NCBI GenBank assembly: GCA_964511805.1
Contig: CAZEIG010000001.1
Coordinates: 1-42,328 of the forward strand
Source of the DNA: an uncultured Faecalibacterium sp.
GTDB lineage: Bacteria > Bacillota > Clostridia > Oscillospirales > Ruminococcaceae
Length of the DNA stretch: 42,328 nucleotides
Direction: 5' to 3'
The translations under genes were made by a program, and so were the position numbers. Below the pieces are notes generated by a model. That model was not told the origin of the DNA, did not search any database, and worked only from the letters and a program-made list of their open reading frames with translations. The stretch's first letter is position 1, and each line of letters begins with the position of its first letter. Shown here piece after piece: positions 7,945 to 16,269 of this stretch.

Positions 7945-9021
7945 TTACAATGGTATCTGCTGTGTGATGCAGTGGATGTTTCCCCCGCCTTGCAAAATTT
8001 CACGAGCCGGCAGGCCGATCACCTGCCGCTCCGGGCAGAGCTCTTGCAGGATGGCGCAGGCGCGGGCGTCGCACGCAGCATTTTCGCCACCGAACTGCGG
8101 CACCAGGACTGCATCGTTGGTAAAGTAAAAATTGACGTAACTGGCCGCCAGCCGTTCACCCGGCTCCCGGACGTCCTCACCGGGCGCGAATTCGTAGGCG
8201 GCGCAATCCGCCTCACTGCAAAGGATCGGATGATCCGGGATGGGCAGCTTGTGGACCGTCAGCGGGCGGCCCTTGGCATCGGTGGCACCTTCCAGATAAG
8301 CGAGATTCGCCGCCGAAAGTGGGTACTGCGGGTCGCTCTCGTCGTCGGTCCAAGCCAGAACGACCTCGCCCGGCCCCACAAAGGCACAGACGTTGTCCAC
8401 GTGCTCGTTGGTCTCGTCATTGTAGATGCCGTGCGGCAGCCAGAGGATCTTCTGCACACCGAGGCGGCGGCAGAGTTCCTCTTCGATTTCCTCGCGCGTC
8501 ATTGACGGATTCCGCCCAGCCGACAGCAGACAGCTTTCGGTGACAAGGGCTGTTCCCTCCCCGTCGGTATGGATGCTGCCGCCCTCCAGCACGAAGGGGG
8601 CCACGTCCTCCCAGGGCAGGCCCAGCGCATCACAGAAAGCCCCGGCGACGGCATCGTCCTTCTGCCAATCGGCGTAAAGGCCGTCCACTTCGCCGCCCCA
8701 TGCGTTGAATCGCCAGCTGATCCCCTTCAGCGCGCCGTCCTCGTTTTGGACGAAGGTGGGTCCCACATCCCGCGCCCATGCGTCGTCCGATTCGATGCAG
8801 AGCAGATGGACGCGGTCGAGGCCGGCAACGGCCTCGCGGGCCTGTTCCAGTTGATCAGGGCCGGCCAGAAGATAGAGGTCCTCGCTCTCGGTGATAGCCT
8901 TGAACACCCGGACAAAGGCCGCCTGTGCGGCGCCGGGGTCTTTTCCCCAACTGCCGGGCCGGACGGGCCAGATCATTAGGGTGGCGCGGTGGGGCTGGTA
9001 TTCAGCCGGCATTCTGTACAT
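7945..9021 (-). CDS. aguA: Agmatine deiminase
   Basis: MPAEY, DDAWARD, FNAWGG, LEGGSI, GGGNIHCITQQ. Confidence 0.96.
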   Translation of the reverse strand: MYRMPAEYQPHRATLMIWPVRPGSWGKDPGAAQAAFVRVFKAITESEDLYLLAGPDQLEQAREAVAGLDRVHLLCIESDDAWARDVGPTFVQNEDGALKGISWRFNAWGGEVDGLYADWQKDDAVAGAFCDALGLPWEDVAPFVLEGGSIHTDGEGTALVTESCLLSAGRNPSMTREEIEEELCRRLGVQKILWLPHGIYNDETNEHVDNVCAFVGPGEVVLAWTDDESDPQYPLSAANLAYLEGATDAKGRPLTVHKLPIPDHPILCSEADCAAYEFAPGEDVREPGERLAASYVNFYFTNDAVLVPQFGGENAACDARACAILQELCPERQVIGLPAREILQGGGNIHCITQQIPL

Positions 9022-9045
9022 GGGCAGCGTTCTCCTTTTATCCCG

Positions 9046-10197
9046 TCAGGACAGACGGGTCTTGAAATCCTGATAGCCGAAGCGGCGGACCAGTTCACAG
9101 CTCCCGTCCAGACGGCGGAGGGCGATGTCCGGCAGCGGCATACCGTTGAAGGTGTTATTCTTAACCATCGAATAGATCGCCATATCGCCGAAAACAAGCC
9201 GGTCGCCAACCTGTGGGCAGGCGTCGAAGCTGTATTCTCCGATGACGTCCCCCGCCAGACAGGTCCGGGATGCCAGACGGCAGGTGCAGGCCTTTTCACC
9301 CGGCAGGCCGCTGCCGTAGAGGGGCGGCCGGTAGGGCATTTCCAGGACATCGGGCATATGGCAGGCCGCAGAGGTGTCCAAGATCAGGACGGGCATATCG
9401 GACGCCTGCACAATGTCCAGCACCGTGGTGATGAGGGTGCCAGCGTTGAGGGCGATGGCCTCCCCTGGTTCCAGATAGACGGTGAGACCGTACTTTTCCC
9501 GGATGGAGAGGATGAGCGATTCGAGCGCCTGGATGTCGTAGCCGGGCCGGGTGATGTGATGCCCGCCGCCCAGATTGAGCCACTTCAGTCCCGGCAGAAA
9601 AGCGCCGAACTTCTCTTCAAAGGCCACAAAGGTCTCGACGAGGGGGGCGGCATCCTGCTCGCACAAGGTGTGAAAGTGAAGGCCCTCGACACCCCGCGGC
9701 ATGGTGTCCGGCAAGTTTTTGCGGCGGATGCCGAGACGGCTGCCGGGGGCACAGGGGTCGTAGATGGCGTGACCCTCCTGGGTGGAGTGCTCGGGGTTGA
9801 CCCGCAGGCCGACGCTCACGCCGGCCGCCTCCCAAGCGGGGCGGTGGGCCTCCAGCTGGGCTAGCGAGTTAAAGCTGATGTGGTCGCAGATGGACACCAG
9901 CTGCCCCATTTCTTCGGGGGTGTAGGCCGGGCAGAAAACATGATTTTCCCGGCCGGGCATTTCCTCGTGGGCAAGCCGCGCTTCAAACAGGCCACTGGCC
10001 GTTGCCCCTGCCAGGTACCGCCCGATCAGCGGGTAGACCCGGAACATCGAAAACGCCTTCTGCGCCAGCAGGATATGGCAGCCGGTGCGCTGCTGGACCC
10101 CCTGCAGGATTTCCAGGTTGTGGACCAGCGCGGCTTCATCCACCAGATAGACCGGGGTGCGCAGCCCCGGCTCTTTGTTTGTCAGCCGGTCCATCAC
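9046..10197 (-). CDS. nspC: Carboxy(nor)spermidine decarboxylase
   Basis: LAQKAFS, YDPCAPGSRLG, HFHTLCE, LGGGHHIT, CHMPDVLEMPY, CLAGD, FNGMPLP; ATG 10194 is an alternative start. Confidence 0.95.
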   Translation of the reverse strand: MMDRLTNKEPGLRTPVYLVDEAALVHNLEILQGVQQRTGCHILLAQKAFSMFRVYPLIGRYLAGATASGLFEARLAHEEMPGRENHVFCPAYTPEEMGQLVSICDHISFNSLAQLEAHRPAWEAAGVSVGLRVNPEHSTQEGHAIYDPCAPGSRLGIRRKNLPDTMPRGVEGLHFHTLCEQDAAPLVETFVAFEEKFGAFLPGLKWLNLGGGHHITRPGYDIQALESLILSIREKYGLTVYLEPGEAIALNAGTLITTVLDIVQASDMPVLILDTSAACHMPDVLEMPYRPPLYGSGLPGEKACTCRLASRTCLAGDVIGEYSFDACPQVGDRLVFGDMAIYSMVKNNTFNGMPLPDIALRRLDGSCELVRRFGYQDFKTRLS

Positions 10198-11456
10198 TCC
10201 ACCGTGGCAGGGTGCTCATCCACCACCCAAGGCAGACCGTACTGGTCCAGCATCTCCATAAAAGGATCGGGGTCCATCTCCTCCAGGTTGAAGACGCCGG
10301 GTTTCCGCCACTGGCCGTTAGCCACCAGGGCCGTGCCGATCATGGCCGGGACGCCGGTGGTGTAGCTGATGGCCTGGCTGCCCAGTTCCTTATAGCATTC
10401 CTGGTGGTCGCATACATTATAAATATAGATGGTCTTTTCCTTGCCGCCCTTGACGCCGGTGAAGATGCAGCCGATGTTGGTCTTGCCGACGGTGCGGGGA
10501 CCGAGGGAGGCCGGGTCGGGCAGCAGCGCCTTGAGGAACTGGATAGGAACGATCTCGTGGCCCTCAAACTGGACCGGGCTGGTGGAGAGCATCCCCACGT
10601 TCTCGAGACACTTCATGTGGGTCAGGTAGCTCTGGCCAAAGGTCATGAAGAAGCGGATCCTCTTGACGCCGGGGACATTCTTGGCCAGGCTCTCGATCTC
10701 CTCGTGGTGAAGCAGATACATATCCTTTTTGCCCACCTGGGGGAAATCGTATTCCCGCTTGATCTCCATCGGCTTGGTCTCCACCCAGTGGCCGTCCTCC
10801 CAGTAGCTGCCGTTGGCCGAGACCTCCCGCAGATTGATCTCAGGGTTGAAGTTGGTGGCGAAGGGATAGCCGTGGTCGCCGCCGTTGCAGTCCAGGATGT
10901 CGATGGTGTGGATCTCATCAAAGTAGTGCTTGAGGGCGTAGGCGGTAAAGACGCTGGTGACGCCCGGGTCGAAGCCGGAGCCGAGGATGGCGGTCAGGCC
11001 GGCGTCCTCGTACTTCTTGCGGTAAGCCCACTGCCAGCTGTAATCGAAGTAGGCGGTGAAACCCTCCTCCTTGCAGCGCTTCTCATAGGCGGCCCGCCAG
11101 GCGAGGTCGTCGGTATTCTCGGGTTCATAGTTGGCGGTGTCGACATAGTGGACGCCGCAGTCCAGGCAGGCGTCCATGATGGTCAGATCCTGGTATGGCA
11201 GGGCGACGTTCAGGACCAGGTCGGGCCGGTATTCCAGGATGACCCGCTTGACGTCCTCGGCGTCGTCGGCATTGACGGTGGCGGTGGTGATCTTGACAGG
11301 CATACCGGCGGCCTCCAGCCTGGCTTTGAGGGCGTCGCACTTGGAAACGGTTCGGCTGGCGATGCAAAGCTCAGGGAAGGTCTCGTGGTTCTGGCAGCAC
11401 TTCTGGATGGCGACGGAGGCAACGCCGCCGCAGCCGATGACAAGCAGTTTGCTCAT
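10194..11456 (-). CDS. Carboxyspermidine dehydrogenase (saccharopine dehydrogenase family)
   Basis: IGCGGVA, ALPYQDLTIMDAC, GFDPGVT, FATNFNPEINLRE, SQAISYTTGVPA; ATG 11456 follows AAAGGAG. Confidence 0.93.
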   Translation of the reverse strand: MSKLLVIGCGGVASVAIQKCCQNHETFPELCIASRTVSKCDALKARLEAAGMPVKITTATVNADDAEDVKRVILEYRPDLVLNVALPYQDLTIMDACLDCGVHYVDTANYEPENTDDLAWRAAYEKRCKEEGFTAYFDYSWQWAYRKKYEDAGLTAILGSGFDPGVTSVFTAYALKHYFDEIHTIDILDCNGGDHGYPFATNFNPEINLREVSANGSYWEDGHWVETKPMEIKREYDFPQVGKKDMYLLHHEEIESLAKNVPGVKRIRFFMTFGQSYLTHMKCLENVGMLSTSPVQFEGHEIVPIQFLKALLPDPASLGPRTVGKTNIGCIFTGVKGGKEKTIYIYNVCDHQECYKELGSQAISYTTGVPAMIGTALVANGQWRKPGVFNLEEMDPDPFMEMLDQYGLPWVVDEHPATVE

Positions 11457-11606
11457 GATAAGGCTCCTTTCGTTAGGACAATTCCGTCCCGGCCGGCTGA
11501 CATGTGTGGACGGCCGGGACACATACAGGGAAATTTTTGGGCGAGAGTGTGCGAACTGCGCAACAGGTAGAAATGGGTCCCCCCTGGAGCCCCCTGGAGC
11601 GAAGCT

Positions 11607-12470
11607 TTAGTCCTCTTCCTCTTTCAGGAGGTCCTCGACGTAGCGCGGCAGCATGAAGGCGCCGCGGTGCAGATGTGTGGTATAATACCAGGTCTTGATC
11701 CCCCGCTTGTTCCAGCGCTTGGGGTCAAAGTCCTTGAGGGGGTGGTATTTTTTGCTGGCAAAACCGAACAGCCAGTACCCCGCCGGGCAGGTCGGGATGT
11801 GGGCCTGGTACACCCGGCTGATGGGGAAAGAACGGTAGGCCCGCTTATGCATGGCGCGGCAGCTCTCTTCATCCTCATCAAAAAAGGGACTGCCGTGCTG
11901 GTAGACCATGATCCCGTCGTCGTGGAGGGCTTTGTAGCAGCTGCCGTAGAATTCCTTGGTGAACAGCCCTGCCGCATGGCCCAGCGGGTCGGTACAGTCG
12001 TTAATGATGAGGTCGTATTCGTCCTCTTTGCTGCGCAGAAAGCGCAGGCCGTCCTCATAGTAGACACGGACGCGGATGTCATCCAGACCACAGGCGTTGT
12101 CCGGGAAGAACTTCCGGCAGACGTCCACGAACATTTTGTCCGGCTCCACCACGTCGATGACTTCGATCTCCTGGTAATAGGACAGTTCACGGGCGACGCC
12201 GCCGTCCCCGCCGCCGATGACCAGCACCCGCTTGACATCAGGGTGGACGGCCATCGGGACATGGACAATCATCTCGTCGTAGGTGAATTCATCTTTTTCC
12301 GAGAAGATGACGCTGCCGTCCGAAGTCAGGAACCGCCCGAACTCCGGCGAATCAAAGACGTCGATCCGCTGGAAGTCGCTGGTGCCGCTGTAGAGCTGCT
12401 GTTCCACCCGGATGCAGGTCTTGACGTTGTTGGTGTGCATTTCACCGAACCAGTAATCCATTTCCTGCAA
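11607..12470 (-). CDS. speE: Polyamine aminopropyltransferase (spermidine synthase family)
   Basis: VLVIGGGDGG, INDCTDP, YWLFGFASK; TTG start follows AAAGGAGG. Confidence 0.9.
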   Translation of the reverse strand: MQEMDYWFGEMHTNNVKTCIRVEQQLYSGTSDFQRIDVFDSPEFGRFLTSDGSVIFSEKDEFTYDEMIVHVPMAVHPDVKRVLVIGGGDGGVARELSYYQEIEVIDVVEPDKMFVDVCRKFFPDNACGLDDIRVRVYYEDGLRFLRSKEDEYDLIINDCTDPLGHAAGLFTKEFYGSCYKALHDDGIMVYQHGSPFFDEDEESCRAMHKRAYRSFPISRVYQAHIPTCPAGYWLFGFASKKYHPLKDFDPKRWNKRGIKTWYYTTHLHRGAFMLPRYVEDLLKEEED

Positions 12471-12484
12471 GATGATCCCTCCTT

Positions 12485-13933
12485 TCAGCTCAAAACGTTC
12501 AATTCAGAGATGTCCTCACTGGCCGGGCCCTGCATCGAGCAACCCTTGGCCTTGGCGAACTCAATGTAGTCGATGATCTCCTGAGTGATGACCTCGCCGG
12601 GGGCCAGGATGGGGATGCCCGGCGGGTAGCACATGACGAACTCAGTGCAGATCCGCCCGGCCGTCTCCCGCAGGGGCAGGCTCTCTTTGGGCGAATAGAA
12701 GGCCTGCTGGGGGGTGGCCGCCACCTGCGGGGTGATGTACTCCGCCGTGAACAGGTCGCTCCGCGGTTTGGAATAGAGCCGCCGGATGTCAGCCAGGGCG
12801 CCCACCAGACGCTCAATGTCCTGGATGCGGTCCCCGATCGAAATATAGGCCAGGATGTTGGATAGGTCGCCGAATTCGATCTGGATGTCGTACTCGTCCC
12901 GCAGCAGGTCGTAGACCTCGATGCCGGTCAGTCCGATGCCGCGGGTATTGACGGCCAGCTTGGTGACGTCGAAGTCAAAGATGCTACCGCCGTTGATCAG
13001 CTCCGACCCGAAGGCGTAATAGCCGCCGATGGCGTTGATCTCCCGCCGGGCGTACTCCGCCATATCGATCACCTTGGAAAAGCTTGCCCTGCCCCGCATG
13101 GCAAGGTTGCGGCGGCTGATGTCCAGGCTGGACATCAGCAGGTAGGAGGCGCTGGTGGTCTGGGTCAGGTTGATGATGTTGCTGACATAGCCCGCGTTGA
13201 CCTCCGGCCCGCAGAGCAACAGCGAGCTCTGGGTCAGGCTGCCGCCCGACTTGTGCATTGAGACGGCGGCCATATCGGCCCCGGCCGCCATCCCGCTGAG
13301 GGGCAGGCTTGGCCCGAAGTAGAGGTGGGTGCCGTGGGCTTCATCCACCAGGGCCAGCATCCCATGGGCGTGGGCCAGCTCCACCAGACTGCGCAGGTCG
13401 GAGCAGATGCCGTAATAGGTGGGATTATTGATGAAGATGGCCACCGCATCGGAGTTGGCCTCGATGGCTGCGCGGACGTCTTCTACTTCCATCCCCAGCG
13501 GGATGCCCAGGTCTACGTCCACTTTGGGGTCGATGTAGACCGGCACCGCCCCGCAGAGCACCAGGGCATTGATGGCGCTCTTGTGGACGTTGCGGGGCAG
13601 GATGATCTTATCCCCCGGCTTGCAGGCCGTTAGCACCATGCCCTGGACGCTGCTGGTGGTGCCGCCTACCATCAGGAAGGCGTGGGCCGCGCCGAAGGCG
13701 TCGGCGGCCAGTTCTTCCGCCTCCTTGATGACAGAAACCGGATGGCACAGATTGTCCAGCGGCTTCATCGAGTTGACGTCGATCCCGACGCAACGTTCCC
13801 CCAGCAGCTCTACCAGCTCCGGGTTGCCGCGGCCCCGCTTATGCCCCGGCACATCGAAGGGCACCACCCTCTGCCGGCGGAATTTTTCCAGCGCCTCATA
13901 GATGGGCGCGCGCTTTTGACGTTCCCGGTCCAA
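12485..13933 (-). CDS. speA: Orn/Lys/Arg decarboxylase (AAT-fold), probable arginine decarboxylase
   Basis: FDVPGHKRG, PRNVHKS, VDEAHG, PLP-Lys SMHKS, YPPGIP; probable TTG start at 13933 after GGAGAGAGGG; substrate inferred from aguAB context. Confidence 0.88.
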   Translation of the reverse strand: MDRERQKRAPIYEALEKFRRQRVVPFDVPGHKRGRGNPELVELLGERCVGIDVNSMKPLDNLCHPVSVIKEAEELAADAFGAAHAFLMVGGTTSSVQGMVLTACKPGDKIILPRNVHKSAINALVLCGAVPVYIDPKVDVDLGIPLGMEVEDVRAAIEANSDAVAIFINNPTYYGICSDLRSLVELAHAHGMLALVDEAHGTHLYFGPSLPLSGMAAGADMAAVSMHKSGGSLTQSSLLLCGPEVNAGYVSNIINLTQTTSASYLLMSSLDISRRNLAMRGRASFSKVIDMAEYARREINAIGGYYAFGSELINGGSIFDFDVTKLAVNTRGIGLTGIEVYDLLRDEYDIQIEFGDLSNILAYISIGDRIQDIERLVGALADIRRLYSKPRSDLFTAEYITPQVAATPQQAFYSPKESLPLRETAGRICTEFVMCYPPGIPILAPGEVITQEIIDYIEFAKAKGCSMQGPASEDISELNVLS

Positions 13934-13976
13934 AAAACATCCCTCTCTCCTGTTTTTGATCCCAAAAGCGCCGCAC

Positions 13977-14011
13977 AAAAAAGGCAGCGCACCCTTGCGG
14001 GTACACTGCCT
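13977..14011 (-). terminator. Attenuator terminator in the polyamine operon leader
   Basis: AGGCAGTGTACCC-GCAA-GGGTGCGCTGCCT-TTTTT on the - strand, between promoter and RBS. Confidence 0.85.
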
Positions 14012-14345
14012 GTGAGAACAAATCATAGAGAAGCGGCCTGGCTGCCCTTTGTCAGAGGGCAGCGTCCTGCAACGCCCAGCCATACCGGGAGTAACTTCAG
14101 CAAATAGATCAAAGGACTGTTCTGCTGCTCTTATTGACGTTTCACAAGTGGTGTGCATCCGCACGGAGTTATAAAAAGTGACCAACTTATAAAATTTCCG
14201 GGCAATCTACCCGTTCAATAATTGTTGTGACGCTTTACGTCACACGCGGCAGCGGCCAGCCCTGTCCGATGAGCTTTAGGCATCCAAAAGGACGCCCGGC
14301 CTAATCTATTTGCGGGCGGACAAACGACAGCCCGCTTAGGCTCTA
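14012..14345 (-). ncRNA. Large structured cis-regulatory leader RNA, probably the ldcC RNA motif
   Basis: Many nested stems (TGTGACG/CGTCACA, TTATTGA/TCAATAA, GCTGCCCT/AGGGCAGC, GGCGTCC/GGATGCC) and a 10-nt long-range complement; position upstream of a polyamine decarboxylase in a Firmicute fits the described ldcC motif context; not confirmed by covariance search. Confidence 0.6.
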
Positions 14346-14350
14346 GCCCT

Positions 14351-14378
14351 ATTGTACCATGTTTTTTTCACTTGTCAA
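14351..14378 (-). promoter_or_regulatory. Sigma-A promoter of the polyamine operon
   Basis: TTGACA-16nt-TACAAT with extended -10 TG. Confidence 0.8.
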
Positions 14379-14528
14379 GCCGTGGATGCAAAACGCTTCA
14401 CTTTATTCATATATTTGGCGAAAAAGCGCGGTTTCCGCCGGACAGAATGGATGACATCCCTGCTCCAAAGCGTGGGATTTTGCCTTGTCAGCTTCGGTTG
14501 ACAAAATGCCAGCCAAGGTTGGTTGCAT

Positions 14529-14630
14529 ATGGGTGGTGCGCAATCCGTCATAATCATCGGCGGGACGACCGCCGTCCTGGTGTTTGCCTTGATGGCATTC
14601 TTCGCCTTCAACGTGACGTATGTCTGGTAA
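14529..14630 (+). CDS. Putative 33-aa single-TM peptide or remnant of a membrane protein gene
   Basis: MGGAQSVIIIGGTTAVLVFALMAFFAFNVTYVW*; followed by a terminator; weak RBS. Confidence 0.35.
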   Translation: MGGAQSVIIIGGTTAVLVFALMAFFAFNVTYVW

Positions 14631-14642
14631 AACGTTCTGCTC

Positions 14643-14681
14643 AAAAAGCTGCCGGCAGGGTCTGACCTTGCCGGCAGTTTT
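14643..14681. terminator. Bidirectional intrinsic terminator
   Basis: AAAAA-GCTGCCGGCAGGG-TCTGA-CCTTGCCGGCAGT-TTT downstream of pxpA. Confidence 0.8.
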
Positions 14682-14698
14682 GGCATGAGATGTTTTGG

Positions 14699-15454
14699 TT
14701 AGAAGGAAGCCGCTTCGATCCCCTCGGCCGCCAGGGCCGCCGAGATCTTTTGGACAAAGGCGAGGGCCTTGGGCCCGTCGCCGTGGACGCAGACCGAATC
14801 GGGGCGGATCGAGATGTCGGTGCCGTCGAAGGCCTGCACCTTCCCTTCCCGGACCATCCGGACCACCCGGGCGATGGCTTCGTCCTCGTCCTCGATCATG
14901 GCGCCGGGGGTTCCCCGCGGGACCAGGCTGCCATCGGGTCGATAGCCACGGTCGGCAAAGACCTCGCTGGCACAGGGCAGGCCGATGGCCTCGGCGGCCC
15001 GCAGCATCTCGCTGCCCGACAATCCCAGCAGGACGACCCCGGGGGCGGATTCCTTGACGGCGGCAGCGATGGCGTCGGCCAGGACCCGGTCCCGGGCGGC
15101 CATGTTGTAGAGAGCCCCGTGGGGCTTGACATGGTGGAGCGGGACGCCGTATGCGTCGCAGAAGGCCCGCAGTGCGCCGATCTGGTACTGGACGCTGGCC
15201 TTAACTTCGGCGGGCGGCATCTGCATTGGGTGACGGCCAAAGCCCTGCAGGTCGGGGTAGCCGGGATGGGCCCCCACCGCCACGCCGTACTCTTTGCACA
15301 TCTCGACGGTGTGGGCCATCACCATGGGGTCCCCTGCGTGGAGGCCGCAGGCGATGTTGGCCGAGTTGATGTAAGGGATGACCTGGGCGTCCATCCCGAT
15401 GGTGTAAGCGCCGAAGCTCTCGCCCAGGTCGCAGTTCAGGTCAATTTTGGCCAT
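14699..15454 (-). CDS. pxpA: 5-oxoprolinase subunit A (LamB/YcsF)
   Basis: IDLNCDLGESFG, ANIACGLHAGD, HVKPHGALYN, EVFADRGY, CVHGD; ATG 15454 follows AAGGAGG. Confidence 0.95.
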   Translation of the reverse strand: MAKIDLNCDLGESFGAYTIGMDAQVIPYINSANIACGLHAGDPMVMAHTVEMCKEYGVAVGAHPGYPDLQGFGRHPMQMPPAEVKASVQYQIGALRAFCDAYGVPLHHVKPHGALYNMAARDRVLADAIAAAVKESAPGVVLLGLSGSEMLRAAEAIGLPCASEVFADRGYRPDGSLVPRGTPGAMIEDEDEAIARVVRMVREGKVQAFDGTDISIRPDSVCVHGDGPKALAFVQKISAALAAEGIEAASF

Positions 15455-15468
15455 GGAAAACGCCTCCT

Positions 15469-16269
15469 TCAGTATTTCAGGCTGACGTTTTTGACGTCGG
15501 TGATGAACATATGCCCCGGCGCGTGGGTGATGCAGAACGACGGCTTGGAGTGCATCACCACGTTCTGCGGGGTTACACCGCATGGCCAGAAGACCGGCAC
15601 CTCGCCGGGACGGATGGTCACCGGGTCACCGTAGTCGGGGTGGGACAGATCAGCGATGCCGATGGCCTCGGGTGCGCCGATCTGAACCGGCATCCCGTGG
15701 ACGCGGGGCATCCCCGCCGTGATGGCCACAGCCAGCGGTACCAGCCTGTGTGGGATAGGCCGCATACTGACCACCATATTCCCGCTGAAGACACCGGCTG
15801 GCGCACAGGGGATGCTGGTATTGTACATCGGGACGTTGACCCCTTCCTCGATCTGGCGGACCGGGACGCCGGCCTCCAGCAGTTCGGCCTCAAAGGAGAA
15901 GCTGCACCCGATCAGAAAGCTGACGAGATCATCCCGCGCTTCAAAAAAGCGGGTCACGTCGGTATATTCGCCGGTCAGTTCGCCCTCTTCATAGACCCGA
16001 TAGCGGGGAATGTCGGCGGCGATGTCACTGTCCGGCGCCAATTGGGCAAAGGTTCGCTCCCCTGCGTCGGCTACTTCCAGCAGCGGGCAGGACTTGGGGT
16101 TACGCTGGCAGAAGAGAAGGAAGTCCCACGCCAGCGCTTTGGGCAGCACCACCAGGTTGCCCTGGGCGTAGCCATTGCAGAAGCCGGTGGTGGGGCCGGT
16201 GATCTCCCCCCGGCGGATCAGCGCCCGCACCTGGGAGGGCGCGGCGGCCCGATAATCAACAACGTTCAT
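15469..16269 (-). CDS. DUF1445/YcsI putative hydro-lyase (D-glutamate cyclase family)
   Basis: FCQRNPKSCPLL, IGCSFSFE, VVSMRP, VFWPCGVTPQ, ITHAPGHM. Confidence 0.9.
   Translation of the reverse strand: MNVVDYRAAAPSQVRALIRRGEITGPTTGFCNGYAQGNLVVLPKALAWDFLLFCQRNPKSCPLLEVADAGERTFAQLAPDSDIAADIPRYRVYEEGELTGEYTDVTRFFEARDDLVSFLIGCSFSFEAELLEAGVPVRQIEEGVNVPMYNTSIPCAPAGVFSGNMVVSMRPIPHRLVPLAVAITAGMPRVHGMPVQIGAPEAIGIADLSHPDYGDPVTIRPGEVPVFWPCGVTPQNVVMHSKPSFCITHAPGHMFITDVKNVSLKY

Noticed and set aside
11486-11520. GC-rich hairpins inside operons (also ~24080-24142)
   Set aside because: They lack good U-tracts and are not repeated; probably ordinary mRNA stability or processing stems
10002-11570. Long antisense ORFs (also 21462..22934, 24151..25389, 26653..28050, 39139..40227)
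   Set aside because: Shadow ORFs opposite well-supported genes, expected from high-GC codon bias
13977-14345. tmRNA, RNase P RNA, SAM-I/lysine riboswitch or T-box
   Set aside because: No tRNA-like ends, no GAGGAAAGUCC, and no SAM-I, lysine or T-box consensus found
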